NCBI RefSeq assembly: GCF_963921235.1
Contig: NC_086097.1
Coordinates: 52,950,001-53,014,000, forward strand
Source of the DNA: Mobula hypostoma
Taxonomy: Eukaryota
Direction of reading: 5' to 3'
DNA: 64,000 nt
Made by a program: the position numbers and the translations under genes. Positions within the stretch are counted from its first letter, which is position 1. Each line of letters begins with the position of its first letter. Of the stretch, positions 13,901 through 25,900 are shown in pieces. Below the pieces are notes generated by a model. It worked only from the letters and a program-made list of their open reading frames with translations, was not told the DNA's origin and searched no databases.

Positions 13901-16900
13901 CATGATTCCTTTTGATGTCATATTCTATAGTGGGCTAATACTATTACTGGGGCATCACAGTAGTGCAGCAGTCAGCGTAATGCTTTACAGCGCCTGTGTT
14001 AAGGGTTCAATGCCCACTGTTGTCTGTAAGTTAGAACGTTACAGGCCCTTTGGCCCACAATGTTGTACTGACCTTTAGGGGAGGCATAGCAGTTAGTTTA
14101 ACACTTTACAGTGCCAGCAATCAGGATTCAATTCCCGCCACTGTCTATAAATAGTTTGTACGTTCTCTTTTACTGCGCGAGTTTCCTTTGGGTGTTCCAG
14201 TTTTCTCCCACGTTCCAAAGACGATAGGGTTAGGGTCAGTGAGTTGCAGGCTTACTATATTGATACCAGAACTTCCGGGCTGACCCCCCCCACACCCCCA
14301 CCCCCACCCCGCACACCTTTGGACTGTGTTGGTCATTGATGCAAACACTGAATGTTTCGATATACATGTGACAAATAAAGTATATCTTTAGCGACACATG
14401 TACATTGAAACATTCAGTCATGTTCTTTTAGTCCTATTCACTTGCTTTATAATGAGTGGAATACTTCCACTGACCATGTTTTATATTTTCAGAATAAATC
14501 TCTTCATAAACTTCAATCAAAAGTCTTCTGAAAAATCTGTTTTTATATCTATTGTGTCTTTTTGTTAAAACTTGATAACTTATTTCCATAAAATGAAATT
14601 AGCATAAAGTGGCCTTGTCAAATCCATGTTTGTTCCACCTAATTAGTAATTACCTTCCTGGAACACAAAACAGTACAGGCCCTTTGGCCCACGCTGTTGT
14701 GCTGACCTATATAAATTTAATCCATGACTGATCTAAACCTCTTACATAGCCCACAACATGGGCTGGTCTGAGAGTTTCTAAACGCATCAGCCTCAACCAC
14801 CACCCCAGGCAGTGCATCCCAAGTACTTGCCATCTCAATGTTAAAACAAAACCTGCCTCTGATGTTTCCCTTAACTTTCATCCAATCACCTTACAAGTGT
14901 GTCCTATGGTATTAGCTATTGCTTCCTGTGAAAAAGCCACTGGCTATCCACTCTATCTATGCCTCTTGTAATCTTATACACCTCTGTCAAGTCGCTTCTC
15001 AATCTTCTTTGCTCCAAAGAGAAAATCCCGAGCTTTCTCAACCTGTCCTCATAAAACATGCTCTCTAATCCAGGCAGCATCCTGGTAATTCTCCTCTACA
15101 GCTTCAATAAAGCTTCCACAACTTTCCTATAATGAGGTGACCAGAACTGAAGACAGAGTTTTATAAAGCTCACAGCTCTTGAACTCAATCGCTTGACTAA
15201 TGAAGACACCATATGCCTTCTTAACCATCTTACCAACTTTCATGGCAACTTGAGGGATCTATGGACTTGGATCACAATATCCCTCTGTTCTTCCACATTG
15301 CTAAGAATCCTGACATTAATCGTGTACTCTGCCTCGAAATTCAACCTTCCAAAGTGTATCACTTCACACTTTTCCAGATTGAACTCCATCTGCCCAGAGA
15401 TTACTAATTCCATCATTCAAAGTTTTTGTCCCAAAATAAGAAAATTTCTCTAACTGGTTTATACCATGCCAGTTTCAAATAAGATCCCTTCAATCTAATG
15501 GCATCCATCTAATTTCCACAAAATGTATGAATATACACCAGAAGATATAAATTTGCAGCAATTCTAGGTCACCCAGATCATCGAAGCTGTTTTGCCATTC
15601 CTGATCCAACTGGACTCACTCTGATCTCAGAATCTGCTACTAAAGAAAATAGTTTCGTTCTATCTATCCCTAAAAATACCTTAGTTGTTTTAAATAACTT
15701 GATTAGATAACTCCTCTACCAACAGCCCTCAAACTTCCTAAAATTAAGTGGGAAAAAAAAATCAACTTCTTAAAATTCCAGTTTAGAAATAAAACAGCCA
15801 AAATAGTCCTCCAAGAAAACTGGTGCTGAACCTTCAAACCAGTATTCCAAGCTAGGTCACCATTTCCTCACTTTTAGGCCTCGACCCACTGAGGTAAATA
15901 TTATTTGTTCTTCTGTACAAGTTTTTAATGGATGTAGCCTTACAGACAACCAGATCCCTTTCTTCCTTTTCTCTTGCCTCTCGGTAAATATTCTTGTTGG
16001 ACTAAAGTGATAAACCTTACACTAACCAAGATTATTATTTTGTATCTCTCATTTTTTTGTTTTTATTTGGATGGGGTTTGGATTGATTATGATTTCATTT
16101 TTTTTTTAAAAAACCCTCTGATCTTTTACTGAAGATAAAATTTCCGTCACAAATTTTGTAGAAAGTACTTTGTTATTTGCTAAGAAGTTCTACTATAGCT
16201 GTCAAAAACAATTCTAAATATAGTAATCCCAGTTATATTTAACTCACCTTTGCCAGGTATCAGTGGGTTGAATGGCCGTCTAATGGAGCTTGGCCTAATG
16301 AATAGAGAAATCGATGACTGCACAGATTTCTTACAGTAACTTGCTATGTATTGATTTGAACATACTTTATTCAAGGACTAGAGGCATTACTGATGCATTA
16401 CTTACTTAAAACAATTTTCTTCATAGATACTATTCCAAATTTTCCATGTTTCTCTACCTTTATAGCCAGTATAGCGTTCAGGGTTGAGAAGCAGATCAAC
16501 ATACTCAGCATCCGGAGATTGTTCATCTGAGGAACAAAGTTGCATTTCACTCAAGGTACTTCCATTTTAAAACAGTTCCTATAAGCCGATTGACATTGCA
16601 AGTCCACTCAATTGCAAAGACAGGACGGTTTGACTTTTACATGTCCCAATGGTATATTAGCAGTTCCAATCAACAATCATCAATCAACTAGATCCTCTTC
16701 CAGGAAAAGGATGGCATGAGGTCATAAATACTTATTAGGGTAAATGTTCTCCATTTTCCTATACGTTTGGTGAAAGAGACTCTATCCCATTGCTCTAGAA
16801 TGCAAGCAATGAAGACATTTGGGGGTATATAATGTCATCATACCCCGATTGTTTCGACAGTACGACAGAAGATTTTTTGCAATGATCCTCACAACAAATG

Positions 16901-19900
16901 CTTCAGTCGTCTTACACGCTTTCATACACAATGAACATTTTCATTATTTTGCAAACAGCTGAATAACTGATAGATGGCTCAAAGAATCAAGCCTGTATGC
17001 ATCACATACATGGTCAAATTTTCTTCCAGCTGTTCTAGCCAATTACAAAAGAAACTCTGGTGTGCATCTTAAATGAATTGTAAACATCAGCTGGTAGCGC
17101 CATTGCCTAAATATAGCTGCAATAAGCTCCTTTATAAACACAGAATCAATACAATTGCTTATTCTAAAAATTAAACAACAAGTTAAACTCACCATCAATT
17201 TCACAGAAGTTGTCTGTGGAGTCGTCATGTCTGGTCCAGTCGAGCACTGCCTGTTTTGTTTCTTCACTGAAAGGTTAAAATATTTTAAAGTTGTTGATCA
17301 AATATGGTGTGGATTAGGAGATGAGTCAAATAATGAAAATTACAGTCCTAAATTCTCTAAGGTTATTTGGAAATGGATCAAGGTGATTGGCAAATTATCT
17401 GGCATAAGGCCCAAAACATTTCAAATTACAGACCTTGCCTGCACTGGCCCTTTCAGTGTTCTTCCAGGGGTGTTAGACAGCAGGCAGAAGAGAGATTTCA
17501 GGAAAAAGGGAAGTTGCAAGAACCCAGAGGAACAAAGTTGCATTTCACTCAGAGTTCGGATTTACTATCATTTTAGAACAGTTCCTGTAAGCTGACTGAC
17601 ATTGTAACACCACTCAATTGCAAAGACAGGACAGTTTGACGTTAATGGTATACTGTAGTAGCAGTACCATTCAGCAAAAACAGAACTCCTTCCAGGAAGA
17701 GGATGACACCAGCACTGCTCTTGGTGAATGTTCTCCATTTTCCTCCATGTTTCCATGACACTCAGAGAAGTGCTCAGGAAAGGGGAGAGCAGCATATTCT
17801 GGTTGAGTAGGAAGAGCAGAGCCTGAGCAAAAGAGGCACCAGGTTTCCTTACACGGGCTGCAGAACATAATCGTAATAAAATTAACATGGTCCTTTGCCG
17901 CTAGATTGGTCTGCTGAGGCGTTGGGTTAAAATTGATGAGATATGATCACAGCCAACGTTCAATGCTTAACAGAAGGATCCTGGTTCCTTCTGGCACTTG
18001 TCCCTCTGACCTCCTGAAAACAGCGGGTCAAACCTCTGTAATCCATAGGTGACAAGGTTACAGAAGGTACATTAATAAACATATGTGTCTCCCAGGCTGA
18101 GGGCATTGTATTACTGATGGTTTGCTAAGTCATCTCCAAGTCAGTCACTGGAGTTACATTTCAGCCTGACCAGGTAAGACCATAAGACATAGGAGCAGAA
18201 TTAGGCCGTTCAGCCCATCGAGTCCACTCCACCATTTCATCATGGCTGATCCCAGATCCCATTCAACCCCATACACCTGCTGTCTCACCATATCATTTAA
18301 TGCTCTGGCCAATCAGGAATCTCTCCACTTTAAACATATTCAATGACTTGGACTCCATCACAGTCTGTGGCAGAGCATTCCACAGATTCACCACTCTTTG
18401 GCTAAAATATTTCCCCCTTACTTCTGTTCTAAAAGGTTGCCTCTCAATTTTGAAGCTGTGTACCCTCTAGCACTGGGTACCCCCACCACAGGAAACATCC
18501 ACCTTATCTAGTCTGTTCAACTTTCAGTAGGTTTCAATAAGATCCCCACGCATTCTTCTAAATTCCAGTAAGTACAGGCCCAAAGCTGCCAAATGCTCCT
18601 CATCTGTTAACCCTTTCAGTCCGGGAATAATCCTTGTGAACTTCTTCTGGACTCTCTCCAATGACAATACATTCTTTCTGAGATAAGGGGCCCAAAACTG
18701 TTGACAATTCTCCAAGTGCAGCCTGACTAGTGTCTTATAAAACCTCAGCATTATCTCCTTGTTTTTATATTCTATTCCACTTGAAATAAATGCCAACGTT
18801 GCATTTGCCTTCTTTACCACAGACTCAACCCGCAAATTAACCATCTGGGAGACTAACATGAGGACTCCTAATTACCTTTGCACTTCTGATGTTTGAAATT
18901 TCTCCCCATTTAGATAATAGTCTGCATTATTGTTTCTTTTACCAAAATGCATTATCATACATTTCCCAACACTGTATTCCACCTGCCACTTTTTGCCCAT
19001 TTTTCCAATTTGTCTAGGTCTTGCTGCAATTGCATTACTTCCTCAGCACCACCTACCCCTCCACCCATCTTCGTATCATCCGCAAACTTTGCCTCAAAGC
19101 CATCAATTCCACTATCTAAATCATTGACAAACAATGTGAAGAGTAGTGGTCCCAATACTGACCTCTGAGGAACACCACTAGACACTGGCAGCCAACCAGA
19201 AAAGGCTCCCTTTATTCCCGCTCACTGCCTCCTGCCTGTCAGCCATTCCTCTATCCATGCCAGTATCTTCAATGTAACACTATAGGATTTTATCTTGTTA
19301 AGCAGCCTCATGTGAAGCACCTTATCAAATGTGTTCTGAAAATCTAAGTAAATGACATCATAGATCTATGATTTTTGGGATTTTAAGGATCACAGGTTAT
19401 CTACCAGACAGAGATCAGCTACAAAACCTATCAAGTAGTGAAAGGCCTTGACAGAGTGGATGTGGAGAGGACGCTTCCTATGGTTTGAAAGTCTCCGAAC
19501 TGGACGTCACAGCCTCAGAATAGAGGGGCGTCCTTTTAGAATGGAGATGAGGAGGAATTTCTTTAGCCAGAGGGTGGTGAATTTGTGGAATTCTGTGCAA
19601 CCTTCTCCCGGTGGAAGGGGTTAAATCGGTCTGTGTGATTTCGCAGACAGCTTATCCGAGACTAGACTGCATACATTTCTTTATGAACAACAATAAAATT
19701 AGAGTTTCATTTTAAGACAACAGGTTCTCCTGTTCAAAGTACCTCAAAGAATTGTTAACAGCCCCAAGCTTCTCTGTCTCTTCACATTCAGCATCATGTT
19801 GAGAGATAGTATTTACCTTCTTGCTATACTGAAAGGTCACAGAATTGCACAATTTATGCATTATAGTATCATAAAGTAATATCAAATATTTTCAAAACTT

Positions 19901-22900
19901 TCATAATTACAGTCATTATTTTCTTATTGTTCTGATTGGAAGTACATGGTCAAGAAAAATGTAGTTTTGCTTAATTTACTCATAACTAGGCAAGTAGGGG
20001 AATAATATGTAACAATATTTACAAATAAAGAGTCCATTCCAGGTTTCTGCTTCTCTTGTTTTTTAATTTAACCTGCTACAATCTCAGAGTTATTTTGCTC
20101 ACAAGGTAAAGGAATTTCTGTAAATCTGAGATCTCTAAGGTATAGGGGAATAGAAAATGTGTTGAGCGCTGTATTCTAGATCTGCTTCCAGTCCAGGTTC
20201 ATGAGAAAAAGGAGATGAAGAACAGTAGGTGAAATAAATTTTCAGAAAACATCCTCTCACCACGATAATGTGCAGACTCAGAATCAGGTTTATGATCGTC
20301 ATCTTATATGGTGTGAAATGTGTTGTTTCAGGGCTGTAGCAAAGTGCAAAGACATTAAGTTACTGTAGATTACAAAATAAATAACTAGTGCAAAATAAAG
20401 GGAATAATGAGATCATGTTCATAGACCATTCAGAAATCTGACACAGAGGGGAGGAAGTTATTCCTGAATTGTTGAATGTGTGTCTTCGGGCTCCTGTACC
20501 TCCTCTCTGGTGGTACCAACAAAAGGTAAACATGTCCAGGGTGGTGAGGGTCCTTAATATGCACACATTTTAATAAAGTAAGAAAAGTGAGCAGAACCTA
20601 ATCTCTTTCATAATGAAGTATTTTCATGGCTTATCTATTACAGTGAACATTTTAGCACTAGAATGTTTCATTTTGCTCCTCTTATTTTTCCACATTTTTC
20701 TCTTTAACTAGGATGTTTCATTAAATGAGCAATGAATACAAAGGGAAATAAGAGTTTTAGGCAGTTTGATATTAAAATTACGGTAGTCCTTAAGGTCATT
20801 GAATACAATAATCATAACCCTTGTTAGCCTTGTTTACACAAAGCAAATATACTTTCCGCAGGTAGTTCAAAGCATTATTTATTAAGTCAAACTGCAATGG
20901 ACCTGGAACATTTTCTTTATAAGTGCAAGAGCTTTCACAAGTTCCAATAATTCTATTCCCAGAATTGTACAGAAGAGTTCATTTATGTCATGATCTGAAC
21001 CTTTGGGATTAAACTTTTGAAGAATGCAAAAATGTTGGCACGTATCATGGTCTAGAAGCACCGTTGATGGAAGTAGTTGTTTGCTATTAGGCAGATGGTT
21101 CTATGCCACTGAAGTACAGGTACGTATGGAACAATGAAATCAGAGCAATGTGCAAGAACACTTTGGATATTTGAGGAAGTGGGTGCCTGACCCGACTGCA
21201 GGAATAGCGGAGAAGGAACTCTAAGCATTAGCAGAGTGGACTTGGAGAGGTGGGCAAGGATTTGTAACTTCTGGTGTTACAGGGTTATTGAGAACCTGGA
21301 GTACAAACATTTAGAGTTTGCCGGTGCACTCTGCAAACAGCCAATTGAATCATACAATAGAGCAAGCTGATACTTAGTTTGATGAGAGGAATGCTGCTGA
21401 AAGCAGAGCTAAAGAAAAGGTTGGGAAGATGAAGAGCACAACTAGAATTTATAGGGTTTAGCAAAGAAGATGCAAAAGTGCAAAATAAGGAGAAAATATT
21501 AATGAATCATAGAGGAAAAATAAAAGTAGAGAAGAACAATAGAGAATTTAAATCTGTGTAAAGTGTTAACCCTAATCAAAGAGCATTATACTTCCTGCCC
21601 CACAGTGTTGATCTGACCTTATTTTAGATTTCCATCAACCGCAGAGCTATTTCACAATTCCAGCATTTGGAACTTCTTTTTCTTTATCTCTCACTCACTC
21701 TCTCTCTCTCACACTCGTTCTCAGACAAATCAGCCTTCACCACCACCCCCCCCCCCCACAACCTGCACTGTGTGTTCTTAAAACTGACCCTTATCCTTCC
21801 ACTCCTCCACCCTTTTCTGCAGCTTAACATGTTTGCTTTCCAACTTCCTCAGGTTTTGATGAGAGGCTATTGATCTCAAACATTAACTTGGTTACTCACT
21901 CTGTAGGTGCTGCTTGAACTACTGCACATTTCCCACGTTTTTATTTAATGATTACCTTGCAAGATGTATAAGATACACAACCTTGTAGGACTTTGACTTT
22001 TCAATTCATTATGTTCTAACACTGGAATTTATTGATAATCGTCAGAGTATTTGTATTTTGTCTTCCCCTTTCATATCTATGTGGCCTATGAACAGTAAAT
22101 CATTAATTTTAATTGTATTTAGCAATATTTTTAAAAATATGATCCTCTTATTTTCAGATAGGACAGGAATTCAAGTGAGGGATTTACATTTTGGCAGTGA
22201 TCCAGTCATCCACAGGAAAAGGTAAAAGAAGTGTGGGAATATGAAATACTTGGTTCCTAAGTGGGAAAAGTTGATGAGAACATGTAAATTGAGAACACAG
22301 AAAGGGAAAGAGAGGCATAAGAGAAATGTGGTAGTGGTGGAGTTGCTGAATACAGAAGAAATGGGATTTAGCATGGTCTTTTAGTTGAAATGTTGGTTGT
22401 GCATCATATCCAACAATGACAGGACACCTGTATGGGAGAGTTTTTGAAGTGGAAAAGCTGTTATACCGGGGCATTTCCTCTCCATTGACCTCAGAAGTCT
22501 GGGTCCAGTACTACAAATAGTTGTCTTCTGGGTCTTGCCATGCCCTTCACTCTCCACGAAGCTTTGCAGAACCACCTTCCTGGCCATTGGATCTCTCTGT
22601 TGATCTCGTCCGCTGGAGCTGACTTTGCATGCTAAGACAGGCATGTCCCTAGCTCACAGGATTACCAGGCCTGCCGGCTACCCTCAACTGGCTTAGCCCG
22701 CTTGTCAAAGCGGTGTAGCAGGGTATGGTCACTGTCGCATGCAAACAGCTACTCGGAGCCGTAGGTGAGACAGATGAAATACATGTAGAATAAATGGATA
22801 AATAGAAGGAATTGCAGGTGAGAGAAATTCAGCTTGTATGTGCACTTGTGCCAGCTGAAACTAGGTCACTGGTGTATACTTCATTTTTTTTTATTACAAA

Positions 22901-25900
22901 GTGGCAGATACAGGCTGAATCGAGGTAGCAAGGCCAAGGCCTGAGAGCAAGGAATGACCCATTGTTTGGCCAATCCAAGTGCCATGCCAGGTTGGAAAGC
23001 TCAGGTACAGGCCAAACCAAGGCGGAGGGGCCCAGGCCTGAGAGTGCCTTGAATTGACAGGCCCCAGATCCGGGAGCCAGGAACGGCCAGCTAGATTGAA
23101 AAGGTTAGGGTGTCGAGGCTGGAGGCAAGGAATGGGCCGGTGTTCAGCTTGCTGTTCCAAAAGGTTTACTCATTCCTGCACTGAACTGAGACTGTGGCCT
23201 TCAACTAACGAGCTCCTGAATCGGCTGCAGTGATGACTGGCTTCATGGCTATCGACTCACTTTCAGAACTTCAGTTCTGAATGTTATATGCTTATTTTTA
23301 TTGTGTGCATGATATTTTTCTGCACATTGGGTATTTGATCGTCTTTTTATTAAATTGGTTCTATTGGGTTTCTTTGTTTTGAGGCTGCCTGTAAAGAGAC
23401 AAATTTCAAGGTTGTATGTGGTATACGTACTTTTATAATAAATATATTTTGTACATTGAAATGAGTAACTCAAAACCATACTCCACCAGCGTCAACAAGA
23501 ATACTATCTGTTGGCTTGTATCTAAACAGTGGTTGAGTACAGATATTTGTTGTGTAAGCTTATTAACATGTATACTAGACCAAAGCCAATGATAAACTTA
23601 GCACATAACTCGAGTTTAATAGATCTCGAAATAACATTACTACCCTGTTGCTTTATTCTTCACGTTGATGATCATTGGATATTCTGAAAGTCCAATCATT
23701 ATAATCTTGCACAAGATTAAATACATTTTATTTTACTTTGTCCATAAGTCAATGGCAACAGTTCAGGAAGGCAGCTCCCCAACTCCTTCTCAAGGACAAC
23801 TAGGCGGGGGTAATAAAAAATGCTTCAAATATAAGAATAAAACCTAGTTCTAAACCATCATCTCAGGGTTAAAATAGAGTTTGAATGTAAAAGATATTTT
23901 AACCTTTAAGTAGTACAATGCAGAATGAAACAATATTGAAATTACTGCAAGTATCATACCTTAAAGCTTTCAGATCTAATTCCTGCTGGTAGATCATCCT
24001 GCAGAAAAATAATAATGCTTTATGTAAAATAAATTATATGGAAAATATGCCATATGAATGACCCATAAGAAATAAATGTAAGTTTTTTTTATGGAGGGTT
24101 ATAGATTTTCCATAAATTTTCAAACTAATTACGTGGCATCCCAAGCAGTTAATCTAGTCTTTTCTTTTTCCTAAATTTACTTTTCTCTCTTTCCTTGGTA
24201 CATAATAAATTTTTTATGAAATTAATATCTTACTGGCTGGCAAGGTTTAACAGCACAGTCCCTCAGACCACAGTGGCTATTATCTGACCAGAAGGGGCAA
24301 GTCTTCTTTAAATTGACCTGGAAAAGTTAAAGAAACAGTTAAGTATACCCTTATCACAATAAATAATCTAAGGGCTTATATATAAACATGGCAGAAGGTG
24401 CAAAGGAGTTTACCTTGTAATATCTAAAATAGTCACTTTTGAGGAGCTCTTGTAGTTTAGAAAACAGCTTGTTGTTAAGTCCTTGAATAGTTTCAGCATC
24501 ACAAGTGCAATCTTCAAGGTATCCAGTTTCCTATATTTAAAATGTACAAATGAGTATAGCCTTGCAATTTGCAAATTTTCTGAAATACACCAAATGCCCA
24601 GTGAATAGACGCCATTTTCACTTTGCTTTCCCAGTCAAAAATCACTCAGAGGCTCAATGCCTGCTACAGCTCAGTTAGCAAAATGATCTTACTTTCACCA
24701 TAACTAAGTGGCTTATCCAAGCTATTGAAACAACAGTCTTGATACTTGGTAGGAAGATGTACAGCATGATTGACCTGAAACTGAGGTATAAATCTATATG
24801 AGGTTGTTTTTAGTACGGAAGGGAAAAACAATATTTCAGTGACATAATGACAATCACAGCACAGTGCTAAGATGTTTGGCAATAGAGACTAATGGTGATG
24901 GAAGAAGACACTTCTTCACACTGAAATTAGCTAAACTTTGGGTTTTGCTACTATGAAAAGATGGTGGCAATGATGCTGTTTTTTTGCAAAACAGCAAGAA
25001 TCCACAGGGCTACAGGGAAAGAGTCAGGACTGGAAATAATTGGATTGATCTATTAGAAGCTATTACAAATCAGCAGGTAGGTTTGCAGTCGGAAACTTTT
25101 TAAAGCAGAGTAAACTGACATTAAAAGGACAAGGCAACTGTCCTGTTAAAGGTATTTCATAACTTTATTCTGAAAACAGTGATCAGGCTTCCCATCACAA
25201 GTGCAAGGTGAAACGTTTGAAACAATATAGGAACATTGACACAATTTGTCAAGGTTATGAATATATGACCAAGGAAGGAGCTAAAGTATTCAGGCCACAC
25301 AATGACGTTCTTATTTGTATTTCACTGTTCATCTGTCCATCAAACCTTTGCTAATAAGATTGGTAAAGTTAATAACTCATCTCCTTCTACCTTAGGCCAC
25401 AAACTTATCAATCACCCCTGATGAGTTATTAACTTCAAACTTTCTACATAATCACTCAAAGAGTTGAACTGCATGTGCATGTAACGAGAGCTGTATAACT
25501 CATCTCTTTCTACCTTAGGCCACGAACTTATCAATCACTCATCTGTGGATACTTTCCGGAGGTCCAAGATCCATATGCTCCACGACCGCTGGACTAAGTG
25601 TGTAAATGTAGGAGGGGATTATGTTGAAAAATAAATGTGCTAGGTTTTCTAAAATTGACTCCTTCTACCTTAGGCCATGAACTTATCGATCACCCCTCAT
25701 AGCAGTGAGATCCTATCACTACCATCTTGTTAGATAAAAAAACCAAGAACATTTTTAGAGTATGCCTCCAACCAATGAACTTTATGTGCAACAGTGCACT
25801 ATCCAAAAATATGAGTTGTTTTTTATCAAGATCATTATAGTTTTCAAATTTGCAAGGTTGAATGTTCAATAAAGAAACTTAAATTCTAATTGATTTATTA

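Noticed and set aside
13948..14140. tRNA genes
   Set aside because: Only decayed A/B-box heads of SINEs; no cloverleaf
17155..17595. 146-aa + strand ORF
   Set aside because: Non-ATG start, antisense to ERO1A exon 6, no recognisable domain
19598..19680. Two small hairpins after a CR1 fragment (possible ncRNA)
   Set aside because: Stems are only 5-7 bp, with no snoRNA boxes or ribozyme core recognisable
25381..25701. CRISPR-like array (three ~38-nt direct repeats with unique spacers)
   Set aside because: Vertebrate intron; the repeats are mariner TIRs, spacers are 85-120 nt and one encodes a transposase C-terminus; no cas genes
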